A DNA stretch of 64,000 nucleotides, from contig JBMHBT010000013.1 of NCBI GenBank assembly GCA_049890275.1, positions 7,022-71,021 of the forward strand. The letters run 5' to 3'. Shown here piece after piece: positions 20,268 to 30,506 of the stretch (the stretch's first letter is position 1; each line of letters starts with the position of its first letter). Position numbers and translations under genes: made by a program. This DNA comes from Coraliomargaritaceae bacterium. GTDB taxonomy: Bacteria; Verrucomicrobiota; Verrucomicrobiia; Opitutales; Coraliomargaritaceae. The notes below the pieces were generated by a model. That model was not told the origin of the DNA and ran no database searches. It saw nothing but the letters and a program-made list of their open reading frames with translations.

Positions 20268-21801
20268 GTTTTTTACTATATTTCTCAGCGAGAAGGTTTA
20301 ACTCTTCAAATCCCTGATGATAGAGTAAGTAGAAGTATACCGCAATACTTCCTGGGATCAGTGTAACAATTGCGATCCAGGCATGAGCTTTCCCCGTAAG
20401 ATTACATGCATCCAAGAGAAGCAAACCGGTGAGGCAGAATACTGCCATTATACAACTAGCAATGATAATCTTTCTGCCTGCTTCAGCTAGATTTTTTAGA
20501 TGCAGAGCATCATGACGGCGCCCGAGTGCCCGCCAAAGGAGTACTGCTTGAATCAGGGCAGCAACAACATTAGCCAGGGCGAGGCCACGTTCGGCCCAAA
20601 ACTGCATGAAGAGTAGGCTCCCGGCTAAATTGATCAGTAAACAAAGGCCAGCGATCTGCACAGTGCAGTAAATGGCCTTTGAGGCGTGCAAACCTCGTGT
20701 TCCAAAGGTTGCGACAGAGTAGAAGGGCAAACCACAGCCATAAATGGAGACCAATCCGGCAACTGTCTTTGCATCCGCGCCTTCGAATCGGCCAAAACGC
20801 ATTAATTCTACCAGAGGCTCTCCGAGAAGAAACAGACCGATTCCTGCCGGGAGAGAAATTCCAAGGATGAGACGCAGGCCTGAAGAAAAGGACTCAACAA
20901 ATGCAGCTTCGTCTTTGCGAGCTAAGTGATCGGCCATGAGCGGAAAAAAAACGGTGGTCACCGATATAGTAAAGAGACCGAGAGGCAATTCCATCAATCG
21001 ACTCGCTAAATACAATACGGACACGGCTGACTCATTGAGCCCATGGGCCAAGAGACGGGAAATCATTATATTTACCTGAAGAATTGCTGCTCCCGCCAGT
21101 GCAGGTACAAGTAGGGAGCGTAATTCCCGCATCGGTGCTCCTTCAGCACGAGCTAATTTAGGTCGCCAGCCTTGACGAGCAAAGTCGACTGCCGGAATAA
21201 ATAACTGCAGTATACCGCCAAATAACACGCCGCCACAGAGCCAATAGATGATTTCTTCAGGGGGGCGCCTTAGTAGCATGGCTCCGCCCATTGCCAGGAT
21301 CATTGCCAGATTCAGCACGATCGGTGTGGAGGCGGCAGCCGTAAAGCGACCCAATACATGTAAACCGGCCGCGAATACTGCTGAGAGGCAAATAAAGAGC
21401 ATGTAGGGTAAGAGTAGGACGGATAATTCGGCGGCTAGCGACCAGCGGAAATCCAATACTCCTGACAACCGGATCGCCCCCAAGAGCAACATACCAAAAG
21501 TTGTCAGTATAGAGAGCAGCAAAAGTAAGCGGAGCGTTACAGCACTGAAAAAATGGAAGGCGGCTCCCCGTCCGTTGCGATGCAGTACTTGTCCAAACAC
21601 CGGAACCAGTGCAGAGGTGAGGGCACCTTCTCCTAGGAGTCGGCGAAATAAGTTAGGCAAGGTGAAAGCCAGGAGGAATGCGGACGACCATAGTCCTGCG
21701 CCCAGTCCCGCGTAGATGATTATATCACGGAGCAGACCGAGGATGCGTGATGCCCCGGTAGAAAGACAGACTGCTGCGATATTCTTAAAATTCCTCAACA
21801 T
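20245..21801 (-). CDS. murJ: Lipid II flippase MurJ (MviN)
   Basis: 518-aa, roughly 14-TM protein with an N-terminus typical of MurJ (SRILGLLRDIIIYAGLGAG ... AFTLPNLFRRLLGEGALTSALVPVF). Confidence 0.9.
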   Translation of the reverse strand: MLRNFKNIAAVCLSTGASRILGLLRDIIIYAGLGAGLWSSAFLLAFTLPNLFRRLLGEGALTSALVPVFGQVLHRNGRGAAFHFFSAVTLRLLLLLSILTTFGMLLLGAIRLSGVLDFRWSLAAELSVLLLPYMLFICLSAVFAAGLHVLGRFTAAASTPIVLNLAMILAMGGAMLLRRPPEEIIYWLCGGVLFGGILQLFIPAVDFARQGWRPKLARAEGAPMRELRSLLVPALAGAAILQVNIMISRLLAHGLNESAVSVLYLASRLMELPLGLFTISVTTVFFPLMADHLARKDEAAFVESFSSGLRLILGISLPAGIGLFLLGEPLVELMRFGRFEGADAKTVAGLVSIYGCGLPFYSVATFGTRGLHASKAIYCTVQIAGLCLLINLAGSLLFMQFWAERGLALANVVAALIQAVLLWRALGRRHDALHLKNLAEAGRKIIIASCIMAVFCLTGLLLLDACNLTGKAHAWIAIVTLIPGSIAVYFYLLYHQGFEELNLLAEKYSKKLRSRAEQ

Positions 21802-21948
21802 GGTCTTTAGTAATCAGCATCCTCCACACATTCTTAAGACGACGCTCTCGAAAAGTTTTGGCAAATGTATATTTCATCCCTACAGGTAGATTTAAATTTA
21901 TAATGATTGGAACAGTTTCAGAGGTAACGCATCCAAAACACTTTTATC

Positions 21949-23019
21949 ATGCCACTTATTTCCAAATTATCTGAGCGACTGGAACGACATCCTAAACGGG
22001 TTGTTTTTCCGGAAGGCAGTGACCCGCGCATCCTTCAGGCTGCCCGTAAATTTGCTTCCCGTAATCTTGGAGTCCCCATCCTTTTAGGAGACCGATCCGA
22101 GATAAAGGCTAATGCCGAGAAACTCGATATCAGCCTTGAACATATCCGGATCATTGATCCTTCGCGGAGTGATGAGTTTGACAATTTTGTGACCCGTTTC
22201 CAAGGGCTTCGGCGCTTTAAAGGTCTCGATGAAAAAGAAGCCGCTGAGTACGTTCTCGATACCAACTATTTTGCTACGCTCATGCTTGCCACATCACAAG
22301 CAGACGCCTTGGTCTCGGGTGCAACCAGTACCGCATCCAGTGCTCTACGACCGCTCCTACAAATTATTCCGCTGCATGATCAGGTGAAGAATATGTCCTC
22401 ACTGAATATTTTCGATTTGGAGGATCCAGGAACCGGTCATGACCGTGAGCTCTTTCTTGCGGATTGCGCAGTCATCCCGGATCCAACGAGTCAGCAACTC
22501 TGTGATGTTGCCATTACAACGGCTGCTTTAAGTTATCATTTGACCAATAAAAAACCACGCGTCGCCTTGCTCAGTTTTACCAGTAAAAGTAAATCCAGTA
22601 AGAATCCAACCGTGGCAAAGATGAAGGCAGCTACGGAATTAGCCCGTCAAAAGGCTCATGATCTTGGGATTCCCATGGAGATCGATGGGGAATTACAAGT
22701 GGATGCTGCGCTGGACTCTGTGGTGGCTAAAAACAAGAAGATTGAAAGCCCAGTTGCTGGTCAGGCGAACGTTTTGATCTTTCCTGATTTGCACGCTGCA
22801 AATATAGCATCCAAGTTTATTGATTATCTGACCCGGGCACGAAATTACGGTCCTATTTTGACCGGCTTGTCGCGTCCGGCAGCGGAAATCAGTCGAGGTG
22901 CCAACGCCAGTGACATCTTTGGAACTTCTGTTATGGTTGCGTCACAGGCAATCGAACATAAGCTTTTGTATCCCACTCAAGGTGGAGACCTTAATGAAGA
23001 TGTGACTGCCTCTGCGTAG
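21949..23019 (+). CDS. pta: Phosphate acetyltransferase, catalytic PTA_PTB domain only
   Basis: 356 aa with RVVFPEGSDPRILQAA at the N-terminus and a GPILTGLSRPAAEISRGA block near the C-terminus, as in short-form Pta. Confidence 0.85.
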   Translation: MPLISKLSERLERHPKRVVFPEGSDPRILQAARKFASRNLGVPILLGDRSEIKANAEKLDISLEHIRIIDPSRSDEFDNFVTRFQGLRRFKGLDEKEAAEYVLDTNYFATLMLATSQADALVSGATSTASSALRPLLQIIPLHDQVKNMSSLNIFDLEDPGTGHDRELFLADCAVIPDPTSQQLCDVAITTAALSYHLTNKKPRVALLSFTSKSKSSKNPTVAKMKAATELARQKAHDLGIPMEIDGELQVDAALDSVVAKNKKIESPVAGQANVLIFPDLHAANIASKFIDYLTRARNYGPILTGLSRPAAEISRGANASDIFGTSVMVASQAIEHKLLYPTQGGDLNEDVTASA

Positions 23020-23047
23020 ATCTCGTCTTGAAAAAAAACTACCGTAG

Positions 23048-24244
23048 ATGTCAGAAAAGCTTTCTTCAACTTTCGTTGATCCCGACGACAAAGAACTTCT
23101 TCGGGCACCGAAGAATTCGACAACCAAGCGAATCTTTATCGCTGCGACTCGAATGAACGATGGCAAGACGACCGTTAGTCTAGCTTTGTTTTCTGCCCTT
23201 CGTGCTCGTTCTAGTAAAGTTGGTTTCATTAAGCCTGTGGGGCAACGCTTCGTACAAGTTGAAGGGCAGAATATTGATGAGGATACCGTCCTGCTCGATG
23301 CTATATTCGATGTAAAAGTGCCGATTCAGGCAATGAGCCCGATTTCGATTCATCATACTTTTACGCGTGAGTATTTGGATAATCCGACGGGAAATCATGA
23401 TGAACTCATTGATAAAATGTGTCGTGCTTTTGACCGCGCAGCCTATGAAAAAGACTATATTATTATCGAGGGAACCGGACATGCTGGAGTGGGTTCGGTC
23501 TTTGATCTCTCCAACGCAGATGTAGCCAAGCGGCTGAATGCAAAAGTGATCATCGTAGCTCGCGGCGGAATCGGGCGTCCGGTCGATGAAATTGCATTGA
23601 ATAAAGCACTCTTTGAGCAGGCTGGGGTAGAAGTCATCGGTGCGATTATCAACAAAGTCGAGCCCGATAAGATTGAGATGGTCAATCATTATGCGACCAG
23701 AGCGCTAGCCCAGAAGAATATACCTTTGCTCGGTTGTATTCCACTGGAAGAGACGCTGACTTCTCCAAATTTAAAACAAATTGTCGAAGAGCTGGGAGGA
23801 CGCTGGCTCAATCATTGTCCGATTGGGGGTTCTGAGCGAATCAAGAAGGTAATCATTGGAGCAATGGCTGCAAAGGGCTTGGTTGAATTCCTCCAACCTG
23901 GTGTCCTGATTATTACACCCGGAGATCGTGAAGACATTATACTATCTGCCATAGCTGCTGAAGGTATTGCGGGGGAACCAGTGGTTTCCGGTATTATTCT
24001 TACCCGCGACCTTCTTCCGCACCCGAAGTTAATGGAGATGATCGAAAAAACACGTATCCCTGTTGTCATCTGTAGTCAGGAGAGTTATCTTGTAGCTTCC
24101 AAAATCAACAACATGACGATTAAGACGATGCCTTCGGACACCGATAAAATTCCTATCATTCAAAACCTGATCACAAAAAACATCGATATCGACATAGTCC
24201 GAAATGCGTTTAGTGCTGAGGAAATTCCATTCGATTTTGATTAA
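23048..24244 (+). CDS. Stand-alone Pta N-terminal-like protein (CobQ/MinD-like P-loop domain + DRTGG domain)
   Basis: P-loop-like RIFIAATRMNDGKTTVSLAL plus a DRTGG-type block (LIITPGDREDIILSAI). It corresponds to the regulatory N-terminal half of long (E. coli-type) Pta. Confidence 0.75.
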   Translation: MSEKLSSTFVDPDDKELLRAPKNSTTKRIFIAATRMNDGKTTVSLALFSALRARSSKVGFIKPVGQRFVQVEGQNIDEDTVLLDAIFDVKVPIQAMSPISIHHTFTREYLDNPTGNHDELIDKMCRAFDRAAYEKDYIIIEGTGHAGVGSVFDLSNADVAKRLNAKVIIVARGGIGRPVDEIALNKALFEQAGVEVIGAIINKVEPDKIEMVNHYATRALAQKNIPLLGCIPLEETLTSPNLKQIVEELGGRWLNHCPIGGSERIKKVIIGAMAAKGLVEFLQPGVLIITPGDREDIILSAIAAEGIAGEPVVSGIILTRDLLPHPKLMEMIEKTRIPVVICSQESYLVASKINNMTIKTMPSDTDKIPIIQNLITKNIDIDIVRNAFSAEEIPFDFD

Positions 24245-24265
24245 TTATCCTAGCCTATTCGTACT

Positions 24266-24511
24266 ATGACTGAAAAAGAGCCTGAGCTAAGTTTTGAAGC
24301 TGCGATGGAGCGTTTGGAGTCGCTGATCTCGGCAATGGAGACAGGAGAAACCCCATTGGCTGACATGGTGTCCAAGTTTGAGGAAGGTTCAAAATTATTA
24401 AAGACCTGCCAGTCCCAACTGCAAGAAGCAGAACTCACAATCGAAAAGCTCGACCCAGAAACGGGATCGATTGAATCATTCGATTCTTCAAATAAAAACG
24501 AGGCTTCTTAG
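24266..24511 (+). CDS. xseB: Exodeoxyribonuclease VII small subunit
   Basis: 81 aa. LSFEAAMERLESLISAMETGETPLADMVSKFEEGSKLLKTCQSQL is the typical XseB helix-hairpin. Confidence 0.9.
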   Translation: MTEKEPELSFEAAMERLESLISAMETGETPLADMVSKFEEGSKLLKTCQSQLQEAELTIEKLDPETGSIESFDSSNKNEAS

Positions 24512-24537
24512 TTCCTCGCTGTGCTCTTCATTTACCC

Positions 24538-26442
24538 ATGTCACTTCTCGAGAAGATCCAGTCGCCGCGCGACATTAAGAAACTTTCTTACGAACAGTTG
24601 GCTCATCTCGCAACTGAGATCCGAAGTAACATCATCGAAACGACTGCCCATAACGGTGGTCATGTCGGGCCTAACCTCGGTGTTGTTGAACTGACCCTCG
24701 GCCTGCATCGAGTTTTTGATACACCGGAGGATCGTTTTGTTTTTGACGTGGCTCACCAGGGTTATGTCCATAAACTACTGACGGGTCGCAATGATGAGCG
24801 CTTTGCTAAACTTCGTCAGAGCGGAGGGCTCAGTGGTTTTCTCAGTCGTGATGAGAGTCCGCATGATTCTTTTGGTGCCGGACATGCCGGCACGGCTCTC
24901 TCTGCTGCTCTCGGTATGGCTGCTGCTCGGGATAAGCGTGGCAGCAAAGAACATGTCGTCGCGCTCTGTGGTGATGCCGCCTTTACCTGTGGTATTACAA
25001 TGGAGGCTTTGAACAATGTAGCTTCCTCGACGAAGCGGTTGATCATTATTCTCAATGATAATAAGTGGTCGATTGCCAAGAACGTCGGGGCGCTCTCCCG
25101 TTACTTTAACGAGCTCATCACCAATCCGATCTATAATCGGCTGAACGACAACGTCGAATCGCTTCTGCAGAAGGTACCTGGTGGCGAATCATTGATTCAG
25201 TTTGGGGCGAAGTGGAAGCAAGAGACAAAGGACTTCTTTGTTTCCTCTTCACTCTTTGAGAAATACAAAGTGCGCTACATCGGGCCAATTGACGGGCATG
25301 ACCAGCAGCAAGTCGATTATTACCTTCGTTTTGCCAAGCGTGCGGATCAACCTGTATTGCTTCATATTTTAACTACCAAAGGGAAGGGCTATGATGTCGC
25401 TATCAAGAACCCCGAGCGTTTTCATGGCGCGAGTCCCTTCGAGATTGAAACGGGGAAAAGCAGCCCTCCATCCAAACCGGGGTCACCTCCGAAATTTCAG
25501 GATGCCATGGGGCGTAGCCTCGTAGGCTTTGCTCGCAGGGATCCAAAGGTTGTTGGTATTACTGCGGCTATGCCCTCCGGTACGGGTCTCAATTTATTAG
25601 AAGAAGCCTTACCGGAACAATTCTTTGATGTCGGAATCGCCGAGGAGCACGCCGTTCTCTTTGCCGCTGGTATGGCAACCTCCGGCTTTCATCCGGTTTG
25701 CGCGATTTATTCGACTTTCCTACAGCGTGCATTTGACCAAATCATTCACGATGTGGCGCTGCAAAAACTGCCGGTCCTCTTTTGTATGGATCGTGCAGGG
25801 CTCTCACCGAACGACGGCGCCACACACCACGGCCTCTTTGATATCTCCTATTTGCGTTGCGTCCCTAACGCCATCGTCATGGCTCCTTCCGACGAGGATG
25901 AGCTCGCTGATATGATGGCTACCGGATTGGAGTATAAGGGGCCAGCATTTATCCGATATCCACGCGGTGCTGCTCTTGGTGTTCCGGTTAAGGAAGAAGC
26001 GGAGCCCTTGTCCATGGGGCAGGCAAAACGTTTACAACCCTTGGGTGATATTGAAATTTGGGCAATTGGTAATATGGTCACCGAAGCGGAAAAGATTGCT
26101 CTTCGCCTCAGTGAACACGGCATAGATGCCGGGGTGGTCAATGCTCGCTTCGTCAAACCACTTGACATGGAGATGCTGCAGGAATCGGCTTCCCGAGCAA
26201 AGCTTATCGTAACGATGGAGGATCATGTCCTTTCCGGTGGTTTTGGGAGCGCCGTGCTCGAAGCTTTACAAATGATCAACAGTACCTGCCCCGTAGAACG
26301 TATTGGTTGGCCGGATGCCTTTATCGGCCATGGCAGCTCGGTACAGGTTTTACGCGAGGCTCATGGTTTAGATACCGATTCATTGCTGCAGCGTATCCTT
26401 GATTGCTCCAGTACTTTTGAAGTGCCCTGTAAAATGCTTTAG
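24538..26442 (+). CDS. dxs: 1-deoxy-D-xylulose-5-phosphate synthase
   Basis: 634 aa with the N-terminal LLEKIQSPRDIKKLSYEQL, the ThDP motif GDAAFTCGITMEALNN, and transketolase-like middle and C-terminal domains. Confidence 0.97.
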   Translation: MSLLEKIQSPRDIKKLSYEQLAHLATEIRSNIIETTAHNGGHVGPNLGVVELTLGLHRVFDTPEDRFVFDVAHQGYVHKLLTGRNDERFAKLRQSGGLSGFLSRDESPHDSFGAGHAGTALSAALGMAAARDKRGSKEHVVALCGDAAFTCGITMEALNNVASSTKRLIIILNDNKWSIAKNVGALSRYFNELITNPIYNRLNDNVESLLQKVPGGESLIQFGAKWKQETKDFFVSSSLFEKYKVRYIGPIDGHDQQQVDYYLRFAKRADQPVLLHILTTKGKGYDVAIKNPERFHGASPFEIETGKSSPPSKPGSPPKFQDAMGRSLVGFARRDPKVVGITAAMPSGTGLNLLEEALPEQFFDVGIAEEHAVLFAAGMATSGFHPVCAIYSTFLQRAFDQIIHDVALQKLPVLFCMDRAGLSPNDGATHHGLFDISYLRCVPNAIVMAPSDEDELADMMATGLEYKGPAFIRYPRGAALGVPVKEEAEPLSMGQAKRLQPLGDIEIWAIGNMVTEAEKIALRLSEHGIDAGVVNARFVKPLDMEMLQESASRAKLIVTMEDHVLSGGFGSAVLEALQMINSTCPVERIGWPDAFIGHGSSVQVLREAHGLDTDSLLQRILDCSSTFEVPCKML

Positions 26443-27206
26443 TCCATCCGGGGCAGAACTTTTAATGCGCTGGCGCTAAAGGCCATTGAGTTCTCTTTGA
26501 CATAGCCGCGACAGGAAACACCGGGTGCGACGAGCGCTCGTTTGGCTAAAATAGAACCCGGATTGAGAACGGCATTACAACCCACTTCTGCTTGATCGCC
26601 GAGAATCGCTCCGAGTTTGCGCAGTCCGGTGTCTGTCCGTGAGCCGTCGGCAAGCACAACGCTCACATTTGTTTGGTCCAGCCGCAGATTGGAGCAAATG
26701 GCTCCTGCTCCAAGATGCGCTTTATTTCCCAAGATGCTGTCACCCACGTAACTAAAGTGCGGCACTTGGACTCCGTCTAAAAGGAGCGCATTTTTAAATT
26801 CACAGGAGTTGCCTAAGACACAGCCCTTTCCTGCGATTACATTGCCTCGAATATATATTCCGGGACGCAATTCACAGCCCTCACCAATGAAGGCCGGTCC
26901 TTGGATGGAGCCAAAGGCGGGTAGTTGTACATCTGCACCAAAAAAGACCGGGCCTTCCACATGTAGGCCCGGTGGCACCTCTAAATCCTGCTCCTGAAAA
27001 GTAAAGTTCGCCAAGCATTCCCGTATGCGCGGTAACCACTCCCAAGGAGCCAGATCCGGCAAAAACGTATCGCTAAATGGAAGAGAGGAAGGAAACTCAA
27101 ATAAATCCGCGCTTTTTAACATTAAATAATACCATACAGATCCGTTTGGCGGGGTGAACTCCAAAATGGTGCGAATCAGTTTGGCATCTCCGGGTATTAC
27201 CGTCAT
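26439..27206 (-). CDS. Left-handed beta-helix (hexapeptide-repeat) transferase family protein
   Basis: The C-terminal two thirds are hexapeptide repeats (IGEGCELRPGIYIRGNVIAGKGCVLGNSCEFKNALL ... VGDSILGNKAHLGAG). The N-terminal ~90 aa are unassigned. Confidence 0.65.
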   Translation of the reverse strand: MTVIPGDAKLIRTILEFTPPNGSVWYYLMLKSADLFEFPSSLPFSDTFLPDLAPWEWLPRIRECLANFTFQEQDLEVPPGLHVEGPVFFGADVQLPAFGSIQGPAFIGEGCELRPGIYIRGNVIAGKGCVLGNSCEFKNALLLDGVQVPHFSYVGDSILGNKAHLGAGAICSNLRLDQTNVSVVLADGSRTDTGLRKLGAILGDQAEVGCNAVLNPGSILAKRALVAPGVSCRGYVKENSMAFSASALKVLPRMD

Positions 27207-27238
27207 GTTCTACCGTTTATTTTTATTCATATCACTCA

Positions 27239-28534
27239 TTGCACGACGTAAAAGACAAACCCTCCATGGTCGAGCGAGCCATGCTCATCGGTCTAACATT
27301 ACCGGGAGATACTTCGGAGACGACCGAAGGCTTACTCGACGAGCTTGCTGAATTGGTTACCACATTGGGAATCGCGATTTGCCATCGCCAGCAGATTTCG
27401 ATTCGTAAGCCTCAGGCAAAGTTTCTCGTCGGTTCCGGCCAGGCAGATCGGCTGATCGAAGAAGCAAAAACGCATAATTGTGATGTCATCATTTTTGACA
27501 ATGAACTGACGCCTGCCCAGCAACGCAACTGGGAGCAAGCAGCGGACGATAAAATCCTCGTGATCGATCGGCAGGAAGTAATTCTGGACATTTTTGGTCA
27601 GCGAGCTCGAACCCGTGAAGCTGTCCTACAGGTAGAGCTGGCTCGAATGGAGTACAATATGCCTCGCCTCAAACGAGCCTGGACACACTTGAGTCGGCAG
27701 CGAGGGGGTGGTGCGACCCAGCGAGACGCGGGTGAAACTCAGTTGGAACTCGACCAACGGATGGTTCGTACACGTATTTCTCGGCTCAAACGTGAGCTTC
27801 AGGAAGTAGTCAAGCATCGCCATCTCCAACGCAAGCGGCGTATGACGGTGCCGGTGCCAACCTGTGCGATCGTCGGCTATACCAATGCAGGTAAGTCTTC
27901 TCTTTTGAATGCTTTGACTGATTCGGCTATTTTAGCGGAGGACAAACTCTTTGCTACTCTCGACCCGACTTCGCGGCGCTGTTCACTTCCCGGCGGTCAA
28001 CCTTTGGTCATAACCGATACCGTCGGATTTGTGCGCAATCTGCCCCATCGACTGGTAGATGCTTTTAAGGCGACGCTAGAAGAGGCCGTCGTTTCAAATT
28101 TTCTGGTACATGTCCTTGATTGCAACAGCCCTGATTTTGAAGCTCATGCCGCTACGACAGAGCATGTCTTGAAAGAACTTGGAGCCGGAGAGAAAACTAC
28201 CCTGATCGTATTCAATAAAATTGATACATTAGAAGACCGCGGGCGAATCGACGAATTGCGCTTGCGCTATCCCGATGCTAGTTTTGTCAGTGCATTGAGC
28301 GGGGAAGGGCTGCCCGATTTATTCAAACGTTTTGAAGTAGTTTTACAGGATGGGTATGACCGCTTGCGGCTATTGATCCCACATGAGCGCTACGATCTGG
28401 TAGCTCGGCTCCACCGCGAAGGTGGGGTACACAAAGAAGAAACCCGTGATGAAGGTACTTATTTAGTTGGTACTGTACCCGATCGGATATTGAACCTTGT
28501 GCAGCCCTACATTCTCAAGACGAACGAGCTATAA
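27239..28534 (+). CDS. hflX: GTPase HflX
   Basis: HflX N-terminal domain (ERAMLIG ... DELAELV) plus a GTPase domain (GYTNAGKSSLLNAL, DTVGF, NKID). The track start is TTG; the ATG at 27266 is the more likely start. Confidence 0.93.
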   Translation: MHDVKDKPSMVERAMLIGLTLPGDTSETTEGLLDELAELVTTLGIAICHRQQISIRKPQAKFLVGSGQADRLIEEAKTHNCDVIIFDNELTPAQQRNWEQAADDKILVIDRQEVILDIFGQRARTREAVLQVELARMEYNMPRLKRAWTHLSRQRGGGATQRDAGETQLELDQRMVRTRISRLKRELQEVVKHRHLQRKRRMTVPVPTCAIVGYTNAGKSSLLNALTDSAILAEDKLFATLDPTSRRCSLPGGQPLVITDTVGFVRNLPHRLVDAFKATLEEAVVSNFLVHVLDCNSPDFEAHAATTEHVLKELGAGEKTTLIVFNKIDTLEDRGRIDELRLRYPDASFVSALSGEGLPDLFKRFEVVLQDGYDRLRLLIPHERYDLVARLHREGGVHKEETRDEGTYLVGTVPDRILNLVQPYILKTNEL

Positions 28535-28591
28535 TTGTTTTTTTGTTAATGTGAAGCCACCCTTCTGCGATTCATCCATGTAGGATATTGG

Positions 28592-29179
28592 ATGAACTAT
28601 CGCACCGCATATAAACTGCAGAAAATTCAGGCACTCTTAGAGGACCCTCTCTTAGTCGCTTTATGGGGTCTGATTCTGGCGAAATGTTGTTTTTTAGAGC
28701 ATTTTGTGCGGCTCCATGGAGTGCCGGTTCATACTGGTGTTTATATTTGGTCACTTTCCATATTAATGGCCGGGGTGGCTACCCTTGTACTTTCGGGTTT
28801 GGTTGAACCAAAGGTTCAGCGACCCAATGAAAAGCCCAATGGTCCATTGCTTTGGCCCTTCGTGCTTTTTTCAATGATTCTTCTTTTGGCAGCTGCTTTT
28901 ATTGTCGGTGGCAGCACTGTATTTGCCGTACTGCCCTTCTTATGCCTTCCGCCGTGCATTGCCTTTGCCTTGCGTTGTGGAGCTAGAATCCGCTTGGCTC
29001 CCGCTCTTCAGTCTGCTTCTTGGCTGATCTCCTCTGGTATTCTTTTTATGCTTCCGTATGAGGCCCGTCTAATGCCTCTCGCTATTATCCTGCTCTTGCT
29101 GGTGGCTGTACCCGGAGCACTGCGCTTTTTTAAAAATCGCCGGGAAGTTCGCCAAGCGATGCAAGCACTTAAAAAGTAG
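28592..29179 (+). CDS. Hypothetical polytopic membrane protein
   Basis: 195-aa ORF with about 5 hydrophobic segments. It fills the gap between hflX and the UDG gene. No family recognised. Confidence 0.5.
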   Translation: MNYRTAYKLQKIQALLEDPLLVALWGLILAKCCFLEHFVRLHGVPVHTGVYIWSLSILMAGVATLVLSGLVEPKVQRPNEKPNGPLLWPFVLFSMILLLAAAFIVGGSTVFAVLPFLCLPPCIAFALRCGARIRLAPALQSASWLISSGILFMLPYEARLMPLAIILLLLVAVPGALRFFKNRREVRQAMQALKK

Positions 29180-29215
29180 CTCGACGCTTCTTCTGACAAG
29201 AGTGAAGCTGTCACT

Positions 29216-30082
29216 ATGCAGGACAGCCTTGACGCCATTCGCCAGGAATTGAAGCGCCTCCATCTGGAGGGTGTCGAGCGTGTCTATGTGGAAAATACTA
29301 CCCTCGAAGAAGTCGCACAGCGACGATCCGTCGAGACGGTTGAGGAGCCTTCAAATAGAACTGATATTTTAAAGCAAGTATCCGGTGATCAAGAAGAGGA
29401 GCCCACAATTGCGAGTGCCTTTCCTCCACCTCCTGTTCTCTCCATGCCTGAAAGCGATGCTACCAGCCAAATGAAGTGGCTTCAGAAGACGGTGCTTGAT
29501 TGTCCGACCACTCGGGAGCAACTGGGAACGAATGCAAAGATTGTTTTTGGTCAGGGCGATGTGCAGTCAGATCTCTTTTTTTGTGGAGAAGCTCCGACTC
29601 AGGAGGAAGCCCGCTGTGGTCGGCCTTTTGTTGGACAGGCCGGTGAACTACTGGAAAAAATTATTTCAGCGATGGGCTTAGAGCGAGAGCAGGTGTATCT
29701 TACCAATATACTTCACTGGCGCCCGGATTACGATGAACCGAATGGAAATCGTCTTCCGACGGCAGATGAAATGAAGTTTTCCTTACCTTATTTAAAAGCG
29801 CAGATACAAATCGTACAACCGAAGGTTATTATAGCGATGGGGAACACTGCATTATCGGGACTACTCGGGCCGGATCCAAATCGCCGAATGGCCAGTATTC
29901 GAGGAACTTGGCTGGAGTTCGAGGGTATCCCCCTGATGGCTACTTTTCATCCATCCTATTTGCTCCGTAGGAATGATAATACTACCAAACGTCAGGTTTG
30001 GGAGGATCTTCTATTGGTTATGAAGAAGGCGGGTCTGCCTATTAGCGAGAAACAGCAGAGTTATTTTCTGCCGAAAACTTGA
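29216..30082 (+). CDS. Uracil-DNA glycosylase family 4 protein with ~100-aa N-terminal extension
   Basis: Family-4 UDG motifs (FFCGEAPTQEEARCGRPFVGQAGELL ... ATFHPSYLLR). Confidence 0.8.
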   Translation: MQDSLDAIRQELKRLHLEGVERVYVENTTLEEVAQRRSVETVEEPSNRTDILKQVSGDQEEEPTIASAFPPPPVLSMPESDATSQMKWLQKTVLDCPTTREQLGTNAKIVFGQGDVQSDLFFCGEAPTQEEARCGRPFVGQAGELLEKIISAMGLEREQVYLTNILHWRPDYDEPNGNRLPTADEMKFSLPYLKAQIQIVQPKVIIAMGNTALSGLLGPDPNRRMASIRGTWLEFEGIPLMATFHPSYLLRRNDNTTKRQVWEDLLLVMKKAGLPISEKQQSYFLPKT

Positions 30083-30506
30083 TACTCTATTGCTTTGTTC
30101 GGGGGTGAAGGATGGTAGCTCCATTCGGTTCTTTCGGGCACTTGATTTAGAGTTCCTGAAATAGGTAATACTGTCTAATTGTGTTTAGATAGTATTATTT
30201 TTGTTAAATAGTAATCACGATAAACGTGATCCAGTAGCCCCTAATTGGGTGTTTAATGGTTGGAGACTTTGTAAATTTCCGACACACCTTGCGATACTTC
30301 AAAATACTTTCACACTAGCTAACCCTCAATTGAAGCGGTGGTAACTTTTCAAGTGCCACCGCTTCCCTTTATGAATGATTTAGATGAGGATTGGCCATTC
30401 GATTGGCTCTTCGAGAGAGTGTTTTTACTATAGATATGCTCAGACAGTCGGTTGATGTGGAGAGCAATAGTAATTTTTATAAATCTCTCACACTTTCTTT
30501 TAGACC

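Noticed and set aside
24266-26442. xseB is directly followed by dxs, without the ispA gene seen between them in E. coli.
   Set aside because: This is ordinary variation in operon content and not evidence of anything unusual.
26439-26442. Convergent 4-nt overlap of the dxs stop (TAG) and the hexapeptide-transferase stop (TAA on the minus strand).
   Set aside because: This is a compact-genome curiosity with no evident functional implication.
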